A stretch of 64,000 nucleotides of DNA from Balanoglossus misakiensis. Its lineage: Eukaryota > Animalia > Hemichordata. The DNA is taken from contig CM082597.2 of assembly GCA_040954595.2 (NCBI GenBank), positions 8,390,343 to 8,454,342 of the forward strand, read 5' to 3'. Below, one piece after another: positions 24,488 to 36,786 of the stretch; positions within the stretch are counted from its first letter, which is position 1, and the number at the start of each line of letters is the position of its first letter. A program made the translations under genes and the position numbers. The notes below the pieces were generated by a model. That model searched no databases and was not told the DNA's origin. It worked only from the letters and a program-made list of their open reading frames with translations.

Positions 24488-25065
24488 ATAATTAAGCAAT
24501 AATTAAGCAATAACCCCCGCCGCGAGATTTGGGTACAATTCGAGACATATAGCACGAGCCGTTAGGCGAGTGCTATATGGAGCGAATTGTACCCAAATCG
24601 AGTGTATACCCGACTGAGGCGGGGGTTATTGCTATTATATTATATATCAACAATTGATTTTGAGGCCTATCAGTGGCATTTTCTTAACGAAACGGCGTCA
24701 GAAAGAGAAATCACGATCGTGAACTAATATGGCGAGGATGAATGTAAACACGAGCGGCCATGATCGAGCATTAAACATGAAGCAGACGACAAAAAATGAC
24801 CAGACGGGCGTCGCGCATGGCAAAGTGACAAATATTCCTACACAGCAATTCCAAAATAAAACGTCCGTAAATTCAACGGTGTTTTCATTTTTTTTATTTG
24901 GTTGAAATACACACGACTGTGGTTCAACCGCACGTTTTCACTACTGCATGCTAGTTCAGGGGCCCGTTTTAGCACTGCCAGCAGTGCTATATGACTATTT
25001 AAGCATCGCTGGATTGAGCTCTCGTCCAATCAGAATGGCGGAGGGTAGCATGATATAATATAATT
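24488..25065. mobile_element. Non-autonomous element with a one-ended subterminal hairpin and no TIR pair (Crypton-like architecture)
   Basis: Nested hairpin gcaataacccccgcc...atttgggtacaattcg...atatagcac...gtgctatat...cgaattgtacccaaat...ggcgggggttattgc. Absent from the paralogous intron next to 21240. Confidence 0.55.
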
Positions 25066-25067
25066 AC

Positions 25068-26420
25068 CTGTTGATACATCATGAGAAGGTGTCACTGGTT
25101 TTGTTGTTGATATTTTAGTTGAAAGTGGTGCACTAGTAGTTTCAGATGTTGTAAATTGTTCATCTGAATCTGTCGTTGTTTTTCTTTCAGTCACAGTGAC
25201 TGCCTGCGTTGATGGCGCCTCATAACCTGCATATGGAAATCAAGTCATTTTGCATTAAAGGGACAAAGTCTCTCTCTCTCACTGCCCTTTTTTCCATTAA
25301 TTATGTTTGATGCAAGACACTTTTTATGTTATTCTACATGTGGATATATAGTGAATCAATGTTCGACCACACACAACTTTCATCCCGTTTGTAGGATATA
25401 AGTCTAGAGTAAAAATCCCGCCCAAATGAATAAATGGTAAACACCGATTATTCATTTTGGCGAGTTTTTCACTCTCGTGTCTACAAGCAGGATGGAAGTT
25501 GTGTGTGGTTGAAGGTTAATTCACTATATATCCACATGTAGAATAATATAAACAGTGTCTTGTATCAAATATTATTAATGGAAAAGGGCAGCGAGAGAGA
25601 GACTTTGTCCCTTTAAATTATGTGAGATTCCAAAGATCTCACTAATGATTATTTAATATAACTATACGGTAAATAACTTGAATGGAATTTGGATGTTATT
25701 GCTACATTTTGCTACACAACCTGTACACACAGAACGTAAACTTGGAAACTGTGCAAATTTGTGCACATTTGTCTCTTCGCATAGAATTAGATTGATATAA
25801 ACTCACTACTATTGTCATTTTCATGACAATTTAGCTCAGTTAAATGAAAATAAATTCATTGGTCAAATAAAATTGTATAGTCACCATATATCGTTAAATG
25901 TTTAAGAATGGTGAAGAAATGCTGACTCAGCTGGGATTTTTTTTCAAGTACACAGTAGACTTAATTCATAGCCTTGTAAATAAAACAAGCATGGTGACCC
26001 CTGTATTATACATATTTTCATTATGCTAACAAAGGAGAAACCAAAAATCCACAATTAAAAGAAATGAGATACTTTCACTTCCCCTGAGAAGACATCTGTA
26101 AGTAAACTTGTCATATTGTTTTCAGATATTCAGTGGATGTTTGTATTTGACGTACCTGTTGTATCTCTGGTTTGAGCATCAGTGTGTACTCTTGCTGTCG
26201 TGGTTACCAGATCATCTGTGTGTACTTTTGTCGCCGTGGTTGCCACATCATCTGTGTGTACTTCTATCGTCGTGGTTACCATGCCATCTGTCTGTGCTCT
26301 CTTGGTGGTTCTCATGACATCTGTGTCTGCAGCTGCTGTGGAGATTTTCATCCGCAACTTCTTCCTCTTCTGTTGCAGCTCTATCAGTTCCATCCATTTC
26401 TGTCGTCCCAAGCTCTGCAG
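25068..26420 (-). CDS. Mucin-like exons (25068-25226, ~26155-26420)
   Basis: Thr-rich; the 3' end of the 25068 exon matches the 3' end of the 21242 exon; VHTDD..TT repeats. Confidence 0.65.
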
Positions 26421-26659
26421 TTGACATGTCTGTGACCATTTCCGTTTCTATGACAATGGAGGCAATAGAGGTTATGCTGATTGAATTCTGTTTGTCAAGT
26501 TTCACTTCAACATTCAAATAGCTTTTAAAGCCTCTCTGTTGTTTTGGAAGCGGGCATTCTGAACCATTTCTCCATATATCACACTACATGTACATGTACA
26601 TAGAAGTTATCACAGTACTGTTTCAGCACACCACGATGTTTATAACAACAGTATATACA

Positions 26660-29600
26660 CACCAGTAGTTGTAGTAGAAGGTGTTGTTGGCAACACAGTC
26701 ACAACATCTCCTTCACACATCAAAGGGTTTGGATGGTTTTGTGTGAATCCATAGTCACAACTGAATGACACTATAGAACCAATGTCGAAATCATTGCCAT
26801 GTCTCTGACCAGTGACTGGTGTACCAGGATCTTGACATTCTTCTGAGGTCAAGAAGCAAAGTATCTTATCAATATTAAATCATCAACTCAGACAGAAGTC
26901 ATTCCTTACAAAAACATTCTATATACATCATTCTACAGAATTCATTAGCCTTTTGAATTTCTATATAAGTTTAAATAATTTCTATGGACATCTATATATT
27001 TGTATGTAGTTTTCGAAGTTGCTTAAAATGTTTTTCGGAAATAACGATGCAGTGAAATACAAGAAAGTGAAAAAGTAGTAGTCGCAGTGTAACAGTCGCC
27101 TTTTTTGATATTGCAAAAATTTCTGGCACAAAAATTCCCCATTTTACAGTATTCAAACAACACATAGTGTGTGAATGTCATGAATTTCATCAGAGTATCA
27201 CTATTATCAAACAGAAGTGATTGCTTCTCTGAAAGTATTAAATATTCTTTTCTACGTTACCCTGGGCAACACATCTTGGTATGGTGCCATTCCATGTTCC
27301 ATCTTCAGTGCAATATCTCCTGGTGTTACCAAGTGCTTCATATGCCATGTTACACTGGAGTGTAGCAACACTATCATACCAAGTGCCATCACTATATTCC
27401 CATGAGCCATCTTCAATCACAGTCAACAAACCACAGTCAACACCTAGAAATAAGTAATTTGAACTTTTGGTAACTCTTTCCTCTATATTGTAATCTTATT
27501 TTCTTTTGTCAGACACCCCATTTTTAAGGTGTTCATATTTCTCACACTTGTCAGGGATATTTTGTCTCACACTCGCCTGCGACTCGTGTGGGACAGAAAA
27601 TCTCCAACTCGTGTGAGAAATACAATCCCAGGTCCTTGGCAGTGAGATTCTATTATTACTGTTACTTACGTTGACAGACAGGAGGAGAGGAATTCCATCG
27701 GTAATCACCATCTTGACTGCTGTAGGTACACACTCTGACATGGCTACCATATAAGTTGTATCCAATGTCACAACTGTAGGTCACTTCACTCTGATAGTTG
27801 TAGTTGGGGTCATTGACCTCGTAGCTGCCATGATCAATACTCTCTGGTTCACTGCAGACAGCAGCTGTAGGAAATACACGTAGAGTTGAGTTGAAGGAAG
27901 AGCCTGGGATAAATCTGTAATCACTTTAAAGGGATAAAGTCTCTCTCTCGCTGCCCTTTTTCCATTAATTATGTTTGATACAAGACAGCGTTTATGTTAT
28001 TCTACATGTGGATATATAGTGAATCAACGTTCGACAACACACAACTTCCATCCCACTTGTAGACACAAGAGTGAAAATATCGCCAAAATGAATAATCGGT
28101 CTTACCATTTATTCAATTTGGGCGAGTTTTTACTTTCATATCCTACAAACGGGATGAAAGTTGTGTGAATATAGTTGAATGTTGATTCACAGTATATTCA
28201 CATGTAGAATAACATAAACGCTGTCTTGTATCAAACATAATTAATGGAAAAAGGGCAGCGAGAGAGAGACTTTGTCCCGTTAAAGAATATGAAAAAGAAA
28301 AACCCCTCTCTTCTCACATTGAAAAGGTTACAGCAGACTGTAGAAACTGTATTTAACACGCTTTAAATAAGCCAGTTCCATGCGGCTTTTTAGTGCACGC
28401 CAAATTCTATTGTTCTCGGTACCAGATGTATAATATCAAGGTTTTCTGTTTTAAAAAAAAATATTGACTTACGTGTGCAAGTTGGGAAGTCAGCATCATA
28501 CAGGCCTTCCACTGTACACAACAGAGTGGACTGTCCATTCAGTTGAAAACCCTCCAAACAATAGAATGTAATTGTGCTATTGAACTCCACCAGAATATCA
28601 CCAGTTTCCTCTATGTTCCAGACTAGGGATCCTTCACGTGGATTTGGAATTGGGATTGGGTTGGAAATGTTGGGCACAATACACGTCACGGCTGTACAAG
28701 ATAAAAAGACAATATTGGTGAAGTACACACAAATTAATATTTGTTTTAATGGAATGACAAACTATAGCCATTACATAGGACACTAAATGTCAATCTTTGT
28801 ACTATTCGTACATGAAACTTTGCTTTCAAATACAACTTACAGACCAACATAGACAGTCATGCTTATATAAGTATGACTATCTATTAAAGTAACATTCATA
28901 TCATGATTGTTGTTTTACACTGTGTTTTCAAAGTAATTGTTGCAGTAAACCAATTGCCTTGCTTGGAAATATTAAAAGGGAAGTCCTGTCCAGCTGATTT
29001 ATGCATAATTTCTACACAATGTTTTTTTCTGAAAGAATGACCTCAAAGCTACCCAATTATGTAGCTGAACCGGACTTCCCCTTTAAATGCTACCAGTGAG
29101 CTTGTTTGTCTTTGTAAATACACTCAAGTATTAATCCCCTTTTTCTCAGAATTCAATGCATCTTCATGCCATGAGGTGAGAGGACACTTTTGTTAGCAGG
29201 AGGGAAACAAATCCAAAATAAATAATAACAGTGCAAAGTTGGTCTGCTGACTTTCTCCACATTTCATTATTGAATTACGGCAAAATTATGAAATCCAATT
29301 ATGAAATTCAGCTTTTTGTCCATTTTTTGTTGCTGCAAATTCATTGCGGTATAAAGGTCAATAATATGACAAATCTTGGTTAAAAGTATACAGTCACCTT
29401 CAATTTACACATTCCCATATATGGCTGAATGGCGTATTTGAGCATTCTAAAGAACATATGGTGGCGCCTTTTTTCCACGTGTGCCACCAAATGAAAATCT
29501 GTGATTGGCTAGATTTCAATTTTCCATGGTAACTATATATAGCTAATTTTCCATGGGTGATCATATACCTTTAACTCTATAGTTTAACATGATACTTACG

Positions 29601-32600
29601 AACACATGATTGGTTAAAAGTGTAGACATCATACATTGAGAGACCAGTTTCTCCAGGTGGCAGATAGAATCCACCTGTGCCGTTATTTGCATATAAGAGA
29701 TAGCCTTCTTCACAGGAACATTGAAAACCACCTGCAGTGTTTTCACAAAGTTGATCACAAGAATGTGAAGCACATTCATTTATATCTACAAAGAAAGAAC
29801 ATGGATTGGATTAAAACAATGTACGTTCAGTAAAATTGAAAGTATTGTCATTTCTTTTAATCGTGAATTTTAGGATTATCTTGTGTACGTACAAGATGAA
29901 TCTGTGATAAAATAAAGGCGTCACCTTGCTTGCTTTTGAAATACAAGGCCATGAATTTAGTTGATAATAGAAGAAACCTGCTGACTCAGCATGGTTCACC
30001 AATGGTTTGTCTATGGACAAAAACCTTAAAGAAATTTATCTCAAAATAGAGCATTGTAACCACACAATTTTATTTGACCAATGAATTTATATTTACTAGA
30101 CTGAGCTATGTGTAAAATTTCGTGAAAATGACAATAGTAGAAGTTTGTTTTCTAGCAATTATCAATGTAATCCTATGAGAAAAAGACACCTGAGATTAAA
30201 AGGTCATTCCAAAAATTTATATTTATATTTATATTTACTAGACTGAGCTATGTGTAAAATTTCGTGAAAATGACAATAGTAGAAGTTTGTTTTCTAGCAA
30301 TTATCAATGTAATCCTATGAGAAAAAGACACCTGAGATTAAAAGGTCATTCCAAAAATTTATCCGGAATTCTGAAATAAGTTCAGAATGTGTTAAATGTT
30401 AAAATAGTGACTTGAAGTTATGTTGCAAGTGACTTATTTATTTCTCACACTCCTGGCATGCTGGGAGTGTGAGAACACAGTGTGAGAACAAATTGTTCTC
30501 ACACTCTCACTGAATCGAAAGCTGTATATGACGCGAGCGCTGATTGGTTGACAAAGCGTTCTTTCGCTACGCGCGCTAAATGTTATCCAATGGCGCGATG
30601 TGTATTACAGGCACAGAACTACAACGTGCCCCCAGACGACAGTTCCAGAGTCATTTATTCAATGTTTTTAACGATTTTGGCTAATTTGTGGCCGTGTGAG
30701 AAAAATAATCTCACACACCAAGGACCTGGGATCATATTTCTCACACTCGTCGGGGATATTCTGTCCCACACTCGCCTGCGGCTCGTGTGGGACAGAAAAT
30801 CCCCGACTCGTGTGAGAAATATGATCCCAGGTCCTTGGGAGTGTGAGATTCTATTAGTCTCACCTTTGCATGCAGTTCCATTCACATCTGGTTCAAATCC
30901 CACCAAACATGCACACTGATAGTCACCATCTCTATTTTCACAGTCTTGATTGATTCCACACAGTGCCACCAATGTACTACATTCATTGATATCTGAAATG
31001 TTATTCATCAAGATATGATCAAAATACCACAGGTCCACTGGTAAATTCAGACCAACAAGTTTAGCTGGGAAGCACCAGACCAACAGGAAATGTTCACAAA
31101 CAAATTTTCGCGAACTATGCAAGAGCCAAAACAAAAGACGTTTTTGCGTAAAAAACAATTTTCAGTGATAACAATGCAGTGAAATACAAGAACATGAAAA
31201 TTAATCGTCTCATAACAGTTTCTGCTTTTGATATCGCAAAAAATTTCTTTGTCGCGAAAATTTCCCGTTTTACAGTAATCAATGAAAAATAAAATTACAA
31301 AAATCATGAAATTTCTGACAGCCATAGATTTGCATGGCATGAACTGTATGTCCTATCAGCATGTAGTTTAGGTGACATTTATGATAAATAGTCAAATTAC
31401 TGGAGTGATCGATTACGGTACCTCATAAGCAGACAACCACATGAAGACCAATCTTGATGTGAACTTACCAATGCATGATGGTATTGCACTATTACACTGT
31501 AAATCGGATTGACAAGTCAGGTAATCAGCACCATTTAATTCATAGCCAGCATCACAATAGAATGTGATGTTACTGCCCATATAATATGGTCCACTATCAG
31601 GGACAGCTTGTAGATGTGGGTCTGTTATGAGTATATCACTGCAGTTCAATCCTGCAAGTAAAAAAAATAAAACACTATGTGGATGCAGACTTGATTGTGG
31701 TATATATATTGGGTATCTGTATTCTGTCACAACTTTAACATTTTCACCCCAAGTTCCCACTATAAAAGTCCAGATACCATTGACTCCTTTTTTTCTATTA
31801 TCGACTAAATTCATGACTCTGTATTTCAAAAACAAGCGTGGTGACCCCTATATTTTATCACAAATTTTCATTATACATACATAGGATAATCCAAAAATTA
31901 ACAATTAAAAGAAATGACCATATTTTCAATTTTACTGAATGTACATCCTTAAATGACTTACGTTGACAGTATCCTGGATCTCCAATCCAAGATCCATCTT
32001 CACCACATGTAGAGACAGTGTAGCCAGTCAGACTGTAGCCAGATGGACATGAGTAGGCAACGGTTGTTCCAAAAATCAATGAATCACCATTAACAATTTC
32101 ATATGATAAGTACCGTAGTTGTCTACATTCGGCGGTGGACACTCACGAGCTGTTTGGATAAGATGAACAGATAACATTACAAGTGTGTTAATACTAGGAA
32201 AATGGTTTAAAGGGACAGAACATGTAGCAGTAACTCTCACAATCCTGCATATTTTCAAGTTACCAGTGTCTGGTTTAACATTCAGAGTGTAATGTCCCAA
32301 TTAGACACCCATGTGGAATGTAGCAACCAGCACAAAGTGCCCCATCATAACGCTATGGAGAGTATTTCAACTTGAGTCAGTGATTTTTATGAAAACATGA
32401 CAGTGAACACCCTGTGTTATACTTTGTTTTCAAAACGACTCATCACACACTTTAAAGCCTCTAGAGCTGCCAAATTTCACAATTTTTTTTCTTTTCCACA
32501 GTAAAACCTTTCAAATCTATGGTGATGCATACCACGATAGCTAGCTGCATACTGTTTGTATGGAGGCTGATTTTAATAAAATGGGTACGGCACCTGTTTA

Positions 32601-33365
32601 ATACATTGCACGTTTAAATTGCAACATACAGCCACAATCAGGCATTGATGACATGTTCCTGTATCCCTATCAGTAAGCTTAATTATTTCAATGTACCAAT
32701 CTACGTCAGAAAATAAAATCTGAAAATAAATGCAAAAAGTGGCAGCTCTAGAGGCTTTAAAGCATTGAAAGGTTCAGAGGACTAACATTTTTCTGAAAAT
32801 CCGTCTCCTAAGTGTGCACTACAATGGCAGTTTAATTGTTTTCAAAAATATCAACTTGCGCTCGCATTGGGGCACAAGTGGACCCCAGACACCATCTGCT
32901 TGGCATTCCAATGAAGTCACATTATTTATAAACTGATAGCCCTCAATGCATTGATAATAAGCAACGCCACCATACACTGTACTGGTAACATTGGTAAGAA
33001 TTCCATTGCTGCACTCAGGGGGTCCACCACATGTTATTCCTAAAAAATAAACAACAAATTAGTGTCATTCAAGTTGTTGCTAACAATAGATTCAAGAGAC
33101 AAATTAAGTCTCTCTCATCACTGCACTTTTTTCATTAATTATCTTGGATACAAGACACCAGGCTAGGCATATTTGCATAGCTGGTACGACTTATACACGA
33201 AAGAGTGACCTCAAAGCTACAAAATTATGTAGATATCAGCTAGACCGGACATCCCCTTTAACTACTGGATAACCGTCCGAGCATTGGAATGAGACAGAGA
33301 CATCATAGCTTCTATCATCTGTACTGGTCACCACGCCCTCACCAATCACAATTTCGGGACAGTCT
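26660..33365 (-). CDS. Sushi/CCP exons (26660-26844, 27260-27442, 27670-27864, 28472-28692, 31468-31651, 31961-32149, ~32860-33039, 33260-33365) and EGF-Ca exons (29612-29784, 30863-30992)
   Basis: C..P..G...C..GY.L.G...C...G.W....P.C patterns; DINECSTLVALCGINQDCENRDGDYQCAC. Confidence 0.88.
28976..29082. mobile_element. Short TTAA-flanked AGGGGAAGTCCGG MITE; a relative at ~33207-33257 truncates a Sushi exon
   Basis: ttaaaagggaagtcc...ggacttcccctttaa; shared gacctcaaagctac..aattatgtag. Confidence 0.65.
30090..30362 (+). repeat. Direct tandem duplication (~140 bp x2) of an intronic repeat also present near 15520-15745 and inverted near 25760-25930
   Basis: Identical blocks tatatttactagactgagctatgtg...ccaaaaatttat. 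Confidence 0.85.
30438..30855. mobile_element. TCTCACAC-motif hairpin element; copies at 39604-39960 and partial 27535-27653
   Basis: Internal hairpin atttctcacactcgtcgggga...tgtcccacac..gtgtgggaca...tccccgactcgtgtgagaaat shared among the copies. Confidence 0.7.
32456..32756. mobile_element. TTAA-flanked AGCCTCTAGAGCTGCCA MITE (Kolobok-like); second copy at 46376-46697
   Basis: ttaa|agcctctagagctgcca...tggcagctctagaggct|ttaa. Confidence 0.8.
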
Positions 33366-34098
33366 GTCAGAACAAGGATCACAATGATAAGAATGCATGC
33401 AGACAAATACTTAAACTCATAAATGTCAGTTGTTTTAAAGTGAAGGGGTCGTCGCAACGCGTTTGCTTATAAACATTACAATTCATCCACAAATCCCTCA
33501 AATAAAATAATTCTTAGAATGAACAAAGCAGCTGACAGTATCCTAGACTGGCCATGACAGCAACTGAAGATCCTAGTAGGTCGTGGCTGTCTAATTTCAG
33601 GGATTTGTGGATGAATTGCAATGTTTATAAACAAACAAACGCAGTGCGACGACCCCATCACTTTATTGAGTGTGACACAAGAGTGTTGCCATTCCTGTCA
33701 ATGGTCCAAAAATGCATTGCAATTGTAAAAAATTACTGTCTCTGTTTTTCCAGCTCTTTGAAGTTTCGTAAAAATTCAAAAACCTTTGCACCTTTCACTT
33801 AATGACTCTAAATCACAAGGAATAAAGGGAGAGTGTATTTCTAAGAATTCTGTAACAACTTTTTCTGTAATGTTAGTAAGTTACTGTAAAACACTTTATT
33901 TTTGCGAGCAAAAGATTTTCGCGAAATACACGAGAGCCAAAACAGCGTGGAAATAAAAAGTCACGTAATTTTTTTGAAGATAAAGATGCAATGAATGAAA
34001 TAAGAGAACGCGAAAATTAATACTGGCGAAACAGTGGCCTCTCTCGATGTCGCGAAAATTTCAACTCGTGAAAATAAAGTGTTTTACAGTATGTGTAC

Positions 34099-35120
34099 CT
34101 GGTGAAAATGAAGCCCTGAATCCTTTAGCTGGTCGTGTTCTACTACTCCTGAACACAACCGAAAAGTGTCCAATGTCTGTACGGCAATCGGGTGGTGGCA
34201 CTGTGCCATCAATGACTCCATCAGAATTGCCACTCCATGGACCAATAATGACATCATCATCACTCTCAGTACCATTGTATACCTTCAGAAACAAAAACAA
34301 ATTAAGCATGCATTGTAAATACCGTAAAACGGGAAATCTTCACAACAGGAAATTTTCGCGATATCAAAGGTGGCTACTGTTACGCGACAATTAATTTTCA
34401 CATTGCCATATTTTACTGCATTGTTATCTCTGAAGCATTTTAAGCGACTTTTTATTTTCATATTTTTTGGCTGTCACGTAGTTTACGAAAATTTATCGTT
34501 CACGAAAATTTTATAGTATTCAATCCTTGTTGCATTTCCTGCTGTAACAGCTACTCAACATACTGTAAAATGGGAAATGTTCGCAAACAATAAATTTTCG
34601 CGATCTACGTGAGAGCCATCAAAACATGAAAATAAAAAGTTGCGTAAAAATGTTTTTCGGGGATAATGATGCAGTGAAATACAAGAACGTGAAAATTTAT
34701 TGTTGCATAACACTTGCCTCTTTTGATATCGCGAAAATTTCACGTTGCAAAAGTATCCCGTTTTACAGTATATATGTGATTAATTAAATTTCCAAATTGT
34801 GTTCCAAGGTTGTATAGTTTGAAGTAATGTCTGCCAAAATTGTCAAACTAAAATCACTGCAAAATAATATGACAAATTTTTTAATATGACAAATATTTTT
34901 AACATGGCTGACTCATGATCATATCTGATACTCACAATGATGTAATCAACATCTGTGTTACTCTCTAATCCAAAGTTCTCATCAAAGATAAGAGTTAATG
35001 GTCTTCCAGTTGGTTCCTTGATTAACCAGCTACACATAACATCATCAGGGTAAGTGCTAACATCATACCCTGGTGACTGAATCGTGCCAAAACTACGCAG
35101 AATTTCAATTCCCTGGCAAC
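34099..35120 (-). CDS. CUB domain (exons 34938-35120 and 34099-34282)
   Basis: CQG...FGTIQSPGYDVSTYPDDVMCSWLIKEPTGRPLTLIF..FGLE..DYII|VYNG...IGPWSG...SVVFRS...KGFRASF. Confidence 0.9.
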
Positions 35121-35547
35121 CTTTAAAGAAACAAGTGACCTATCGGTCAAAAGAGCTCTGCTGACTTTAACAGAGAAACCTATAGCTGGGCAATGATATG
35201 AATACCCTAGGTTTTAATCATAACAATTGTATTCTATTAAACAAAACCGAACATAGACATCACAAGTATTTAATATCCACATTCAGCTTGATTCATTGTG
35301 CTAAAGAAAGAAATAATTTATTCCTAAAGAACAACATCAAAAGGAAGTACCAAGGTTCTAATTTGCATATTCATGACCCGATCAAAATTCCAATAAAACA
35401 AAATCAGGTAGGGGCACCATAACACACATTCTACCAAATTTCAGCTCCATCGTACATGTATTTAGGGAGAAGATTTTTTTACCAACAATTCTATTTTTAG
35501 ATCTAATTTGCATATTTATGACCCCATCATATCCAAATTAACAAAAT

Positions 35548-35686
35548 CAGTCATGTTACAGCACTGTACTAGCAGCGCTGTAACAGTACTGCTGGGCCAG
35601 TCATGTTACAGCACTGTTCTAGCAGCGCTGTAACAGTACTGCTGGGCCAGTCCTGTTACAGCACTGTTCTAGCAGCGCTGTAACAT
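35548..35686 (+). repeat. 50-bp tandem repeat (about 2.8 units) with an internal hairpin
   Basis: cagtcatgttacagcactgtactagcagcgctgtaacagtactgctgggc starting at 35548, 35598 and 35648. Confidence 0.9.
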
Positions 35687-36537
35687 GACTGTCAAGGCAT
35701 ACATGGAGAATTCCTGATACAGCAGTGTTCCTAGCATGGTACATTGCAATAACAGAGTTGCAACATAAGTGAAACACCCATGTCATAACAGACATGAAAC
35801 ATTGATGTGGCATGACTGTTTCATGTCTGTTATGTTACATGGCTGTAGACTTTTAGCTGTGTATGATCGACTAATGCGCATGTGCTAAAGCAAAAACTCT
35901 GGGTACAAAAACTTTATCAATGACACAATTCTGTCTATACAACAGACAATATGGCGGCAACCATAGTCTGTGTTGTAGATTTGGAAAAGACAGCAAATTA
36001 AGTGAAAAGAAGAGACAAAACTAAAGTCTTCTTATATGGTGTGCAAGAAATATGGAAGGAAGCGAAGGCAGTCCACTATTTGAATGCACACACATAAAAT
36101 TTGCAGATATTTGGATTGGACGTTATTTTGTACACACAAATTATGCACATGTGCCTAAGAGTAAGAGGATTGTCAGCATTTAAAACTCACTAACTGTCTG
36201 CCAGAGGTTATCATCAGTGCTTCCACACTGGTACCATGGAACAACTAGAAGAGTCAAAAATAAGACTGAGACAAGATTTGTTGTATTCCTAATTTAGTCT
36301 AATTTAGGTCTGCTTTGGGCAAACAGTGCATTGAGTTTATTCTGTGTGACTGTCAGGTCCCCAATACATTAAAATAAGTTTGGGAATGGAACAGACCATG
36401 TTATTTGTAACATCGAGAAAGCTCCTTTTTTGAGAAAAATGATTTCATTTTTCCCCACATAACAATTCCCAGGAGTGACACGGGTTTCAGTCTTGGTTTT
36501 CAAAATATTCACTGTTCACATTATTGTGACAACTTAC

Positions 36538-36786
36538 TTATAAGAGGTGTCTTAGTTGTTGATGTGTTGATTTTACATTGGATGGCTGTGCTGGCACTGC
36601 TTGTTGTTGTTGTTGTTGTTGTTGGGCTCTCTGTTGTTGTAACCTTTGTAATTGCTGTTGTTGTTGATGTTGTTGTCTTAGTGCTATGAGTTGACTTTGT
36701 CTTGCATGTTGATCTTGCTGTTGTTTCAATTCAATTTCTATTTTTCTGTGCCATCTCTAGATTCTTCTGCAGTGCTTGAATATTCC
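36538..36786 (-). pseudogene. Orphan Gln-rich exon ending in LRHLL (nuclear coactivator-like)
   Basis: tttcag|...|gtaagt. Reads RNIQALQKNLEMAQK(frameshift)IEIELKQQQDQHARQ...QQLRHLL. Confidence 0.5.

Noticed and set aside
35548-35686. Palindromic repeats resembling CRISPR direct repeats
   Set aside because: The whole 50-bp unit repeats; there are no variable spacers.
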